Below are positions 24,535-35,425 of a stretch of 64,000 nucleotides of DNA, piece by piece (the first letter of the stretch is position 1; each line of letters starts with the position of its first letter). The notes under the pieces are model-generated. The model searched no databases and had not been told where the DNA came from. It worked only from the letters and a program-made list of their open reading frames with translations. The stretch is from Puccinia triticina (Eukaryota), in contig CP110439.1 of the NCBI GenBank assembly GCA_026914245.1, positions 2,418,001 through 2,482,000 of the forward strand, written 5' to 3'. The position numbers and the translations under genes were made by a program.

Positions 24535-25404
24535 CGTAACTGGGGATAGAGATGTGATAAGATGTTGACGAGATGAGGCCTGATAGTTAATGATTATCTG
24601 ACAATTCAACAAATATAAGGCAACAACGAAGAGGGCTGTCCAAAAATTTATTGCTAGAAGACTCACACACAATTTACGGAGAATGTTCCTAGTGAGGAGA
24701 GTGAGGACTATGAACTGGTCAATCGTGTTACGCACCAACCACTCGAGTAACTTGGCAGAATTAGTCCCGAGAATGTCTCAATGAAGGTTGAATGTTGAAA
24801 TCACAATGTCAACTGGCCCCCACAACTGGTATCAAACCAACACCAAGAGGCCCTGAACGTGCATGATGGTAAGGCGAATGTGGCTGGACCAGTCATTTGA
24901 TGATGAATGGGCCTTCAGGTCGTGACACTCAAGCGAATCCAGTTGGCCCAGTAGATCTAAGAATCCTAGCTCATGAAGGACAACTAATAGCGGGCAAATC
25001 GCTAGCAAGGGTATTGGGGCCTATCCAACTCGAATGACCGGACTCGCATTGACATGTTTGGTCCTGGTTGTGAGGCGCGGGCAAAAAGTACGGTTGTTAT
25101 TATTTGGCTCTCATCTAACTAACAATATCCACAATTTGGCCCGCTTTTTTTTTACAAGACTATTCTAAATTTTTTTCTATTAACTGTGGCTCTTTATGAT
25201 AAGATTTTTATGTTGATTTTTGAACTATGCGACACGACAAAAAAATGAGCAATGAAGGGAAAATGGATCCGTACAAAGTAAGAAAATGGCCCCGGAGGGT
25301 TTGATCTTCGGCTCACGGGCGCAAGAATTTGGGCAAATGGACTATTGATCTTCGAACTTTTAGTTCTCTCGGTTGGGGTTTGCTGCCGTCGGTGGCCCGG
25401 TGAA

Positions 25405-26619
25405 TCATTCATTTTTAGACTTTTTACTTCCCTCGGTTGGGGGTTGCTTGCGTGGGCGGCCTGGCCCTTTCCTCTTGAGGAGCGGATAGTCATCTTCTTC
25501 GACCTCGTCTTCGTCATGGTTGTCGTGGTTTTCATCATCGGCAACTTGGACCTCGTCGGGGGATGCTTTTTCTTTTCCTTTGCAAGAGATCGGAGTGTGT
25601 AGCAGCCCAGTGGTGCCAGATTGAGATGCGCAGGGGGTTGGAGAAGATTCTGAGTCTTTCTTGAAGGTGATACTGGTGGGATAATCATGGTCAGAACTAA
25701 TCCGATCTTGAATGATGAATTAAACTAACAACTTCCTTCCACGCGAGGCTGGAGTCGAGGGTCCTACCCCTAATTTGCCATTGCTACCCTTTGACTGATG
25801 ACCACTCGTAACACTCACGCCACCAACCTAGAATTAATTCCCGAACAATTAGTATTAAGATATGGAACAGACAGTATCAACTCGACACACAAGAATGATG
25901 GGCATCTTTGCCTTGATATCCCAATCGACCAAAGATCCAACGATCAACATTTCCCGTCCCACAGTGTAAAGGACATGGGTTTTCACCATGTTGCGAGTAG
26001 CTGGGACTATATACTTCGAAAGAAAAGCTCGGTGGGAGCGTGCCTAGACTGGGTATTAGTACCAAGCGTTGACTTGAAATGAAAATCTGACTTACAACAG
26101 GATCCCAATCATTGTGAGAGACAATGACTTCGAGTTGATCTTCCTCTCCACGGTTCGGGCTGGGAACTTCAGCACGTTCAACAATTACGCCTAGGCCGAC
26201 GATACCCGTCTTATTCGTGAAATCGAGGTTCAAATCAGTCGCTTTGCCAATTCGCATGATGGAATCCTGTGTGTAAGTCACGGTAGGAGGACTCCCGTCG
26301 TTAAGAGCGATCATCCGAGCACCCGTGATCGAATATATTATCCCTTGCTCAAGTGCATTAGCAACGGCCGTATTGGCCATTAATTTGACCTCGAAATCGA
26401 CCTCTTTATCGCCTCCAACCCCTGCGCATTGGAAAAAGGTCCCGGTTGTCAGGAGCCCGTATTGGTTTCCTCTGACAACGTCTATTTCAGACTTTTGAGG
26501 ATGGGAACGAGTAAGTCACAATCCGGTCAGGTTGAAGATGGTGGGGTGCTTACGTCGGACAAGGCTTCAAAATGTCTGGATACGATACTCGGATGATTTG
26601 AAGGTCGGACGTTCGACAT
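25405..26619 (-). CDS. Helitron accessory protein B, multi-exon, OB-fold-like with an acidic tail and AT-hook; tail junction possibly frameshifted
   Basis: Spliced reading MSNVRPSNHP..|SEIDVV..GIVGLGVIV..VIVSHNDWDPV|ARSHRAFLSKYIVP..GSLVDWD..PIIL|VGGVSV; downstream exon reads ...DEDEVEEDD..KRKGPGRPRK. Confidence 0.6.
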
Positions 26620-28156
26620 TGGGGTAATGGTACTTGGTGGTGGGAGACGATGTGCGTGGATCTAATCTACGAGGAAGTTTTCAGGTGGCAGGAGATTAAG
26701 ATGAGTGTGATCAGGTAGTGGGGGGTGGGAATGTGAGAAGGCGAGCAGGTTTTAAGTTCAAGCTAAGCAGTGATATCGCGGTTGGGGAAGTTCAAGACAA
26801 CGGCACTCGGGCCAAGGAGAATATTGGGCCATGTTGTGAGGAATGGGGTCCACGGAGAAACACGGGTAACACTACAGAAGGGTTTGAGTGAAAACAATAG
26901 AATTGGGCGAGGGTCAGTTGTCGCCATGCGCAATGTTCGATGTTCGCTCGCGGAGCTCCTATCGCTCCGTTTTTTCAGGGCCTGGTGTAACGGACGATAA
27001 GGACACGGTGGCCATGGTAGCAAATACTTGAGGGAAGGGGTGAACTAAGAAGTAAGGGTGACGATAGGGAAGCGGTTAAGAGAAGTGAATGTGATCAGTA
27101 GACGGTGACATGTCGGAGCTGGTCGCGCGCGATGTTGTCAGGGTCTTAAGAACTCACGGGAATGACAATATCAGGCAACGTGGGCGGGTATTCATGCCTA
27201 GAGGTCCACAAAAAACAATGGGTGACAATACGGAAGGGTGGAAGAGCAAGTAATGGGATAGGTTGAGGGTCAGTTACCGGAGATGAACGCGTTGTATGCA
27301 CACGTGCGGACCTCGTACCGAAGAGAGTTTGACAATCGTTTCTGCGAGACGACGCCTCCAGCTTGGGAAGGCGTTGAGGGTCGCGAAGGCGGATACAAAT
27401 CGGAATGTTTCCTCGCGGTCCAACTGCGCCCCTGAATGACAGGCCCTTGTGGGATCAGTACAGGAAAGATTTAGGTAAAAGTAATTCTGGAAGGTTCCTT
27501 GTGGACCCCGGTTGCAAGGGGATGGTAAAAGATAGGAGGTCATGACGAACAGGAGTGGGTGAAGTACCGAATTGGTGAGGCTGTCGGCCCGTAGGCAACA
27601 GTATTGGCCGCAAGTAGCGAGAAATCGGAAAGGAGGAGCGACGGATTTGATGGGTAATCGAGACCAAGTTCGGATGAGGGTATCGAGAGGCGAGTTTGGG
27701 CGTCTAGGGAGTATCATACAGTGAGTTCGAAGAAAATCGGAGGGGGAGGCGTTTGGGGGGGGTGGCAAGGATTAGGGTGCGACGTGTTTTGAATCCGAGA
27801 GATCACGTGGGAAGTGAAAAAAAAGAGGGAATGGAAAATTATAAATAGAGACTTACGGCGCATATGGATTGCTCCTCGCGGTTCCGGGCTTTGGCTTCAT
27901 TATGCCGCCGGAACCGCCATTGTGGGCAAAGGGGGTTATAGCAAAGGGGGTTGAGGTTGGTTAGCGGGACTCGCGCCAACCTCGTGGATTTTCCACATTG
28001 AATTGGAGAAATTCATATTGAATTGTTGGCTCTAGGCTGGTTAGCGGGACCCGCGCCAGCCTAGAAATAAGATGGGGAATGGGGAGGGAGAACCCATGAT
28101 CTTAGGTTCCATGAATCATTGGTTTCATGAAACTTAGATTTATTTCTCATGTGTAG

Positions 28157-28411
28157 ATGATTGATTTATCCAACCTGCGTCCTGGTGACCGGGACGCCAT
28201 TGCGAGATCCGACTTCGAGCGCCAAGTGCGCCAAGCTGATAATTTGCGCCTGCGCCGCCAAAGGAACCGCGCTAGCCGCCGCCTACGTCGTGAGAGGGAA
28301 AGAGAAGAGGCTGCTAGGAATAGGAGAGAGATGAATAGGGAAAGAGATGAAGAGGAAAGAAATAGGAGAGACAGAGAAAGAGCCAGAGAGAGGATTACTG
28401 ATTGTGAATGA
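28157..28411 (+). CDS. Small Arg/Glu-rich coiled-coil-like ORF or exon
   Basis: 84-aa low-complexity ORF flanked by splice-like signals. Confidence 0.25.
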   Translation: MIDLSNLRPGDRDAIARSDFERQVRQADNLRLRRQRNRASRRLRREREREEAARNRREMNRERDEEERNRRDRERARERITDCE

Positions 28412-29596
28412 TACTAATGAAATTTTATGTTGTGATTATATACTAATTTTTACTTATTTATCTTTTTTTTTTTTTTTCTTTTGCAATTAGCCTGGGATCC
28501 CGTAGAGTGGGCCAGATTTAGAAGGGAGGAAGGGAGATTTATCTAGGGATGTCCTGCCTGAAATTCATTCCTACGCTCGCCCCGCACCCCCTATTGCTCA
28601 TAGTACGTGTTGCTGCGCAGGCGACTGTCCCAGTCGCCCCTATTCCCGTTTTCATCCCCCCCCCCCCCCCCCCCTTTGTAACTACCCTTAAGTATAGTGA
28701 TTAAGGAATACAGTCAATTTAATCACCATAAAATCCCCCACATACCTATGAGCCTCGTGAGACCCCACCTTTTTTTTGACGCCGTTGAGGCGTGATGAGG
28801 CCCTCTTGGCCTCATTTTGCTACTGGTGGCTGCTATCCTGGCGCCACCTCTCCCATTGCCTGCAGTGCAGGCGTCAGGGACCGCGTGCATTGAGCCGCGG
28901 CATGAGAGCCCTGCCCATCGTCCCACCTGCGGATGCGGGAGACGGCTCAGGGGCGGACAGTCGCCCAGCCAAGGGCCTCCGATTGTACCTCCACGCGCCC
29001 TCACTGTCGTCGCTGAGAAACACCAGATGACAGCTGTGAGCTAAGGAGGCCTTAATGGGAGGCCGACGAGACACGAGGGAAGAAGGAGAGGAAACGACTA
29101 AGCACCTGAGAAACACCAGATGACAGCTGTGAGCTAAGGAGGCCTTAATGGGAGGCCGACGAGACACGAGGGAAGAAGGAGAGGAAACGACTAAGCACCT
29201 ATTGAGGTGCGAGGGAGGTGATCGACAAGATGAGTGAGTTCATTGCATGATGAGCAAACAAAAGTGAAGAGAAAAGAAAGGGAAATGGAAACCAAACCTG
29301 AGAAACACCAGATGACAGCTGTGAGCTAAGGAGGCCTTAATGGGAGGCCGACGAGACACGAGGGAAGAAGGAGAGGAAACGACTAAGCACCTATTGAGGT
29401 GCGAGGGAGGTGATCGACAAGATGAGTGAGGAAAAGGAAAAGGCGGTACAACACAGCAAAGCTAGACTAGATACAAGCGGAGCTGAAACCTAAACCTAAT
29501 CTACAAAGTTGTACCGGTTCTGTCCTCCGAGCGAGTCTTGCCGCAGCACCCCACTAACCCCTTTCTGGTCTTGAACGCCACAGCCCCCCCTGCTCA

Positions 29597-32500
29597 TCAG
29601 GCAGTGAAGCTGCTGTTGATTTTCATGTTCCCCAGGGACACTTGAGCAATGGCTCCTCGGGTTCTCTTCGGATTGAGCGGCTTGGTGAGGAAGTCGGCGA
29701 AGTTGATCTCGGTAGGCACATACAGAACCTCAAAGTTGTTGGCTGCAATGTGATATCGAAGCCAATGGTGTCGTGTGTTGATGTGACGTGTCCGATGCTG
29801 GTAGACTGAGTCCTTGAGGAGGGCTAATGCCCCTTGGTTGTCGCAGAGAAGTTTGACACTGGATCGTTGGGTGTTGAGAAGTGGATATAGTTGGTCAAGG
29901 AGTTGGCCGGTCCAGCGGAGATCTTGTCCGGCCTCCGAGCAGGAGCGATATTCTGATTCAGTTGTCGACAGAGCAGGACCATCGTCATCCTGCTTTTGAC
30001 AACGCCAGCTGAAAACCCCGTTGTGGAGGAGGATGCTACCGGAGAAAGAAGCCGCCTGCGTTCCGGTTGCGAAACTGGCGTCGGCGTAGGCTACTAGCTG
30101 ATTGTGAGGGCCGCCGACGTTGCCAAGTGTGAGACCGAAATCCTTTGAATGTTGAATGTATCGCAACGTGATTTTTAGTTGTTCTTGATGGCTCTTCTTT
30201 GGGTTGTTGAGAAATTGGGAGAGGTAGCTGACGGCGAATGCTAGGTCAGGTCGCGTGCACTGTACGAGGTACTGGATGAGGCCCACGCCTCGTCGGTAGT
30301 TGAACTTCGGGTCCACTGGCTCGTCTTTAACTGGAATTTTGTGTGTGTTGAGAGGCAGAGGAGTCGAGGCTGGCTTACAATTTACCATCTGGAATTCCTC
30401 GAGTATTTCTCTGCAGTATCGGTCTTGAGAGAGAGTGATCGTGCGCCTGTTTCTGTCTCTGGTCACCCGCATGCCTAGCACGTAGCGACATTCGCCAAGG
30501 TCTTCCATCTCAAAGCGTTCCTTGATGGCGGTCTTGAAGAAGGAAACATCGGGGCCCATGATGACGAGGTCATCGACGTGTACAAAGACAAAACAGGGCC
30601 GCGCCGGATCTTGATGAACGAAAAGACACGGATCAACTGATGTTGCGACGAAATTGATTGACTCAAAGAAATCCTTGAGGGCTTTGTACCAACATCGCGG
30701 GCTTTGTTTGAGGCCATAGAGAGACTTCTGGAGCTTTAGACCATGGCCTGGAGGAAGCTCGATGCCCAGACCATCGGGTACCTTGATGAAGATGTCCTCT
30801 TCTGGGACGCCATTTAGGAACGCGCACCGGACGTCCATTTGTTGGATGTCGAAGTCAAGATTGGCTGAGATGCCCAGGACCAACCGGAGAGTTGCTTGCC
30901 GACCTGTGGGGGCGAAAGTGCGATTGTAGTCACAGCCCTCGATTTGTCGGAAGCCGCGAACACATAACCTGGCTTTGTACTTGAGCAGTTCACCATCGGC
31001 GTTGAACTTCCGCTTGAAGACCCAAGTAGTGTCCAGCTCGCGACACCCCGGTGTTTTAGGCGAAACCACCCACACCTCATGCCTCTTCATGTTGTTGAGT
31101 TCGACCTCAACAGCCATGAGCCATTCGTTTTCATCGATGCGACCTAGGATCTCACCATACGTCTTCGGATCATGTTGTGATTGGGGCTCCCCGACGAGGA
31201 CCAGGGCCCGGTGACGGCGGGATCCAGAGATGATGTTGCTCTGGTTGATGTCGGATGAGATGTTCTTGGGAGCCTCATCAAAATGGGGGACGTATGCGTA
31301 TCCCTTCTTGGGGGGTAGGCCGGTGGACGGAGCCGGTGATTCCGGTGCCGGATCTTCTGGGGCCAGAGGGGGACGTGGAGCATCCTCCCCAGGATTGACT
31401 GGAGGAGGAACGTCGGGGAAACTGGCTTGCGGGGGCTCTCCTTCGACGTCCAGTCTCGTGGCTCCCGTCAAACGATTAGGGTTGGGAATGGCGTCCACGA
31501 CTTCGTCGAAGTCATAGAGGATTGGAAGTTCGAGCGACTTGTCGTCGGATTTGAGCATTGGGAATGTTTGAGGAAACAGGCGAACATGATGAGAGACCAC
31601 GATTTTGTTGTTCGACGGCACCCAGACCCGGAAAGAATGATGATGTTCGTTGAAGCCAATGAGAATTGCCTCCGCACCAGAGGGTGAGAACTTGGAGTCT
31701 CGCCACTTGCGTTCCTCAAAGAGAACGGCTCTGCAACCAAAGGGAGCGAGACGAGTTAGATCCGGTTTGTGTCCGTGCCATTTCTCGTAAGGGGACGCAA
31801 AACTGATGGAACTGTCTGGGGAGCGGTTTTCAAGGAATACTGACAGTTGCACCGCCTCGCCCCACCATTCCAAAGGAAGACCACAGGTCATGAGAAGAGT
31901 CCGAGATTTTTCAATGGTCGTTCGATTTCCCCGCTCCGCCAAAGGATTTTGTTGAGGAGTGTAGGGAGCGGAAGTGAGATGTTGGATACCTCGGGCTTCG
32001 AACAGGGCTTTGAATTGGTGGTTGCAAAATTCACCACCGTTGTCGGAGACAACTGATTTTAATTTCCGGCCAGTGTGAGTTTCGGCCTGATTCAGGAAGA
32101 TGAGAAAAAATTTGAAGGTGTCTGACTTACACCGCATCGGATAGATGAACCGATATTTGGTGAAGCCATCGATAATCTTGAGAAAGTAAAGGTTTCCTCC
32201 TCTTGACATTGGATTGATGGGGCCGCAAAGATCCATATGAATGCAGTCTAGTGAGGCGTTGAAGGTCGGGAAATTCCCCCCAAAAGGTTGGCGATGCATT
32301 TTTGCTCGATCACAGACATCGCAGTCTAATGAGTTGATTTGAAGGTTCGGATAAGCCTTCTTGAGATAGGGGAGGCTGGGATGTCCCAGGGCCCGATGGA
32401 GGTCAAGTGGAGAGGGAGGAGAAAGAGAGAGAGCTTTGAGAGGGTTCATGTCGATCTTGAGGACATTTTCTTCGGTTGAACCTACGAAGACGATCTCGGA

Positions 32501-33892
32501 GCCCCTCCGGCACTCAAATCGATCACCGTTCGCCGTTGGGATTAGAGAGAAACCTTGGCGGATGTAATGGGTGAGGGAGATGAGGGAGTTGGACAGATTA
32601 GGCGCATAGTAGGCCAGACTGAGTTTGAGGGGGCCAATGGCGGTTTGGATGACTGCTGGACCGAAACCAAGGATTGGGATCGCGGCGCCATTCGCCCCAA
32701 AGACCGAGGACGAGGTGGTTGAAAGGGAGCTAAAATAGGCTCGATTCTTGAGGAAATGGCCAGAAGCCCCGCTGTCCAGGATGAGGACATCTCGGAAGTT
32801 TGATCTGGCGCCAAGACTAGCACGACCTTGAAATTTGGCTTTCATCCGATCAATGGCGGCCTGATGAAACGCGATGGCTTTGTCTTCGTGGATCTGCCAA
32901 CATTCGGATTCTGGGTGCGTTGTATCTGGATTGTGCCGCCCATTAGAACAGTACGCTCGGCGATTTTTCTTCTTGGAGGGGTCGGAGGGCTTGTCGGGTT
33001 GAGACACAGCACGGGTGGTGGAGGCGGAGGCATGCTGTTGAGACACAGCCAGGGCGGTGGCAGTGGTGATGTGTTGATGTTGAGCCTCACGTTGCCGCCG
33101 AACTTCGCTTTCCACATCGCGCAGAAAATTCTCCATGTCCGGGGTCTCATCGTCCTTGAAGTTGCTGTATTGAAGAGTTCGGAAGGTATTGAAGGGAGGA
33201 GGGAGTCGCCGGAGAGCATAGATTACTCCTATCGAATGGAGGGCATCCGTACCAAACTTCTTGCAGCCTACTTCATGTAGATGTCGGAAGGAATGACGAG
33301 CTTCAGTGATTGACTTTTCCATATCAGATTCGTCGAACACTATGTCGAAGTATTTGTCGATGGCTGTCGCAATGTTTTCCATGGTTTTGCCGGCAAAGTG
33401 AGCCTCGATGTCGTCCCATAGTTTCTTTGGGTCATAGTCTTTCAGATCTTTGACAAACCGCTCCAAGTTGGCTGTGTTCATGTGCATCCTGATGAAGGTT
33501 GTCGCCATTTTGCAGTTGGTTTGATAGTCCGGTGATTTCTTCATCTCCTCGGTGTGGGCGTCAAGGATGTAGTCATCTAACATTTTGAAGCCAAGTGTAG
33601 TGACGATAGCCCACCTCCAGGCAGTGAAGTTGTCTCGATCAAGCCTTTCCGTGACCAATTTGGTGTTGGTGAGGTCGGAGCTGGTCATTTTGGTTGAATA
33701 GAAGAGGATTTTAGATGAGGATGTGGGGTTCAGTTGGTCAAGGATGAGTTTCTCCGAATAGGAATCGGAAGATTTGAAAGACTGAGGACTCGATGCTCGT
33801 GGAGTTGAATCTGCCTGCTCAAGGGACGGGTCCACTGGGTTTGAGGTCGGAGAGTTTATGGATGGAGGATCTTCACCAATTGGATCCGCCAC
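29597..33892 (-). CDS. gag-pol: Copia-A Gag-Pol polyprotein, 1431 aa (gag, protease, integrase, RT, RNase H)
   Basis: ILDSGAS; HRALGH..CDVC; DLCGP, SDNGGEF, PQQNPLAER; KSLYGLKQ, VHVDD; YADA, CDNQGA, ADFLTK. Confidence 0.97.
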   Translation of the reverse strand: MADPIGEDPPSINSPTSNPVDPSLEQADSTPRASSPQSFKSSDSYSEKLILDQLNPTSSSKILFYSTKMTSSDLTNTKLVTERLDRDNFTAWRWAIVTTLGFKMLDDYILDAHTEEMKKSPDYQTNCKMATTFIRMHMNTANLERFVKDLKDYDPKKLWDDIEAHFAGKTMENIATAIDKYFDIVFDESDMEKSITEARHSFRHLHEVGCKKFGTDALHSIGVIYALRRLPPPFNTFRTLQYSNFKDDETPDMENFLRDVESEVRRQREAQHQHITTATALAVSQQHASASTTRAVSQPDKPSDPSKKKNRRAYCSNGRHNPDTTHPESECWQIHEDKAIAFHQAAIDRMKAKFQGRASLGARSNFRDVLILDSGASGHFLKNRAYFSSLSTTSSSVFGANGAAIPILGFGPAVIQTAIGPLKLSLAYYAPNLSNSLISLTHYIRQGFSLIPTANGDRFECRRGSEIVFVGSTEENVLKIDMNPLKALSLSPPSPLDLHRALGHPSLPYLKKAYPNLQINSLDCDVCDRAKMHRQPFGGNFPTFNASLDCIHMDLCGPINPMSRGGNLYFLKIIDGFTKYRFIYPMRCKSDTFKFFLIFLNQAETHTGRKLKSVVSDNGGEFCNHQFKALFEARGIQHLTSAPYTPQQNPLAERGNRTTIEKSRTLLMTCGLPLEWWGEAVQLSVFLENRSPDSSISFASPYEKWHGHKPDLTRLAPFGCRAVLFEERKWRDSKFSPSGAEAILIGFNEHHHSFRVWVPSNNKIVVSHHVRLFPQTFPMLKSDDKSLELPILYDFDEVVDAIPNPNRLTGATRLDVEGEPPQASFPDVPPPVNPGEDAPRPPLAPEDPAPESPAPSTGLPPKKGYAYVPHFDEAPKNISSDINQSNIISGSRRHRALVLVGEPQSQHDPKTYGEILGRIDENEWLMAVEVELNNMKRHEVWVVSPKTPGCRELDTTWVFKRKFNADGELLKYKARLCVRGFRQIEGCDYNRTFAPTGRQATLRLVLGISANLDFDIQQMDVRCAFLNGVPEEDIFIKVPDGLGIELPPGHGLKLQKSLYGLKQSPRCWYKALKDFFESINFVATSVDPCLFVHQDPARPCFVFVHVDDLVIMGPDVSFFKTAIKERFEMEDLGECRYVLGMRVTRDRNRRTITLSQDRYCREILEEFQMVNCKPASTPLPLNTHKIPVKDEPVDPKFNYRRGVGLIQYLVQCTRPDLAFAVSYLSQFLNNPKKSHQEQLKITLRYIQHSKDFGLTLGNVGGPHNQLVAYADASFATGTQAASFSGSILLHNGVFSWRCQKQDDDGPALSTTESEYRSCSEAGQDLRWTGQLLDQLYPLLNTQRSSVKLLCDNQGALALLKDSVYQHRTRHINTRHHWLRYHIAANNFEVLYVPTEINFADFLTKPLNPKRTRGAIAQVSLGNMKINSSFTA

Positions 33893-33967
33893 GGTGCTGA
33901 AGTCGTCTTATAAAAGAAGGGAAGTGTTGGTCGGAAGCTCCTGGGCTGCTCAATTAGCTCGTTTACG

Positions 33968-33981
33968 CTGGGCTCATAACC
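33968..33981 (-). promoter_or_regulatory. Copia-A primer-binding site for a half tRNA-iMet
   Basis: GGTTATGAGCCCAG is complementary to the CAT anticodon stem-loop, as in copia and Ty5. Confidence 0.85.
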
Positions 33982-35006
33982 TGAGAAACACCAGATGACA
34001 GCTGTGAGCTAAGGAGGCCTTAATGGGAGGCCGACGAGACACGAGGGAAGAAGGAGAGGAAACGACTAAGCACCTGAGAAACACCAGATGACAGCTGTGA
34101 GCTAAGGAGGCCTTAATGGGAGGCCGACGAGACACGAGGGAAGAAGGAGAGGAAACGACTAAGCACCTATTGAGGTGCGAGGGAGGTGATCGACAAGATG
34201 AGTGAGTTCATTGCATGATGAGCAAACAAAAGTGAAGAGAAAAGAAAGGGAAATGGAAACCAAACCTGAGAAACACCAGATGACAGCTGTGAGCTAAGGA
34301 GGCCTTAATGGGAGGCCGACGAGACACGAGGGAAGAAGGAGAGGAAACGACTAAGCACCTATTGAGGTGCGAGGGAGGTGATCGACAAGATGAGTGAGGA
34401 AAAGGAAAAGGCGGTACAACACAGCAAAGCTAGACTAGATACAAGCGGAGCTGAAACCTAAACCTAATCTACAAAGTTGTACCGGTTCTGTCCTCCGAGC
34501 GAGTCTTGCCGCAGCACCCCACTAACCCCTTTCTGGTCTTGAACGCCACAGTCGCCAACCAGCCAAGCCAGGCAGAGCCCTTGGCACCTGCCAAACCCCC
34601 ACCCGGACGACCTAGGGGACGGGAAATTTTCCACGCCTATGCGGCACGCCCTTGTCCCCAAAGGCGTTGGGATGAGAGCCCACCAGGCGACCAAAAGACC
34701 CCCCAAAGGGGTGCACAGGTCATCAGCGATCAGTCATCATGACCGCCATGGCCCCCGCAAGCAGGACGCCAGGCAGGGCTCCAGGCGGTTGCGCGGGTCT
34801 GGCATTTTGATTGCAGACTCAGATGAGGCGCCACCCCCTCCTGGGCGTCCCCGAGGCGCCCATCTGGGGGCGTTTCCGGGGCGCCTGTGTCCAACGCCTG
34901 GTCGGCATTGCGAATTCCAGCGCCACGTGGGCGAAATTGACTTGCAGGGCCACGGTGGCACCAGCGGCAACGATTGGGAGGCGCCCCAATCGTCCCGGTG
35001 TGTACA

Positions 35007-35425
35007 CATGGCTGGCAATCCAACAAATGGCGCGAGGGGGAGGAACCCGGGCCAGTCATTAGGATGCCCAGGCACGCGAGGGTCCCGGGGCCTTCTGTTG
35101 GCGGCTCCGAGACTCGCACCGACCCAGTGTCGGCCATGGGGGCGGTGGCTCATGTATGCGCCACGGCGCCCCGCGGTGTACTCGAGAGGGGGCGGGGCGC
35201 CACCAACTTTGAAAAAACAGCCACGCCAAATCAGCGCCCCTAATTTGGACCCATAATTGCCACGCCGTGGCGCATACATGAGCCACCGCCCCCATGGCCG
35301 ACACTGGGTCGGTACGAGTCTCGGAGCCGCCAACAGGAGGCCCCCGGGACCCTCGCGTGCCTGAGCATCCTAATGACTGGCCCGTGTTCCTCCCCCTCGC
35401 GCCATTTGTTGGATCGCCAGCCATG
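35007..35425. repeat. GC-rich inverted repeat, ~162-bp arms, 94-bp spacer
   Basis: 35007-35168 is the near reverse complement of 35263-35425. Confidence 0.9.

Larger units (their letters stand above)
16700..28700 (-). mobile_element. Helitron (boundaries tentative)
   Basis: RepHel gene; candidate 5' end A|TCACTATAC at 28700 on the minus strand; candidate 3' CTAG|T at 16700 lacks a clear hairpin. Confidence 0.55.
29014..34550 (-). mobile_element. Intact Ty1/Copia retrotransposon (Copia-A)
   Basis: 569-bp LTRs 29014-29582 and 33982-34550, no differences seen; TSD GTCGC; PBS GGTTATGAGCCCAG; PPT at 29583-29596. Confidence 0.97.

Noticed and set aside
26763..27768. Further Helitron cargo ORFs on the minus strand
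   Set aside because: No recognisable motif or confident exon chain
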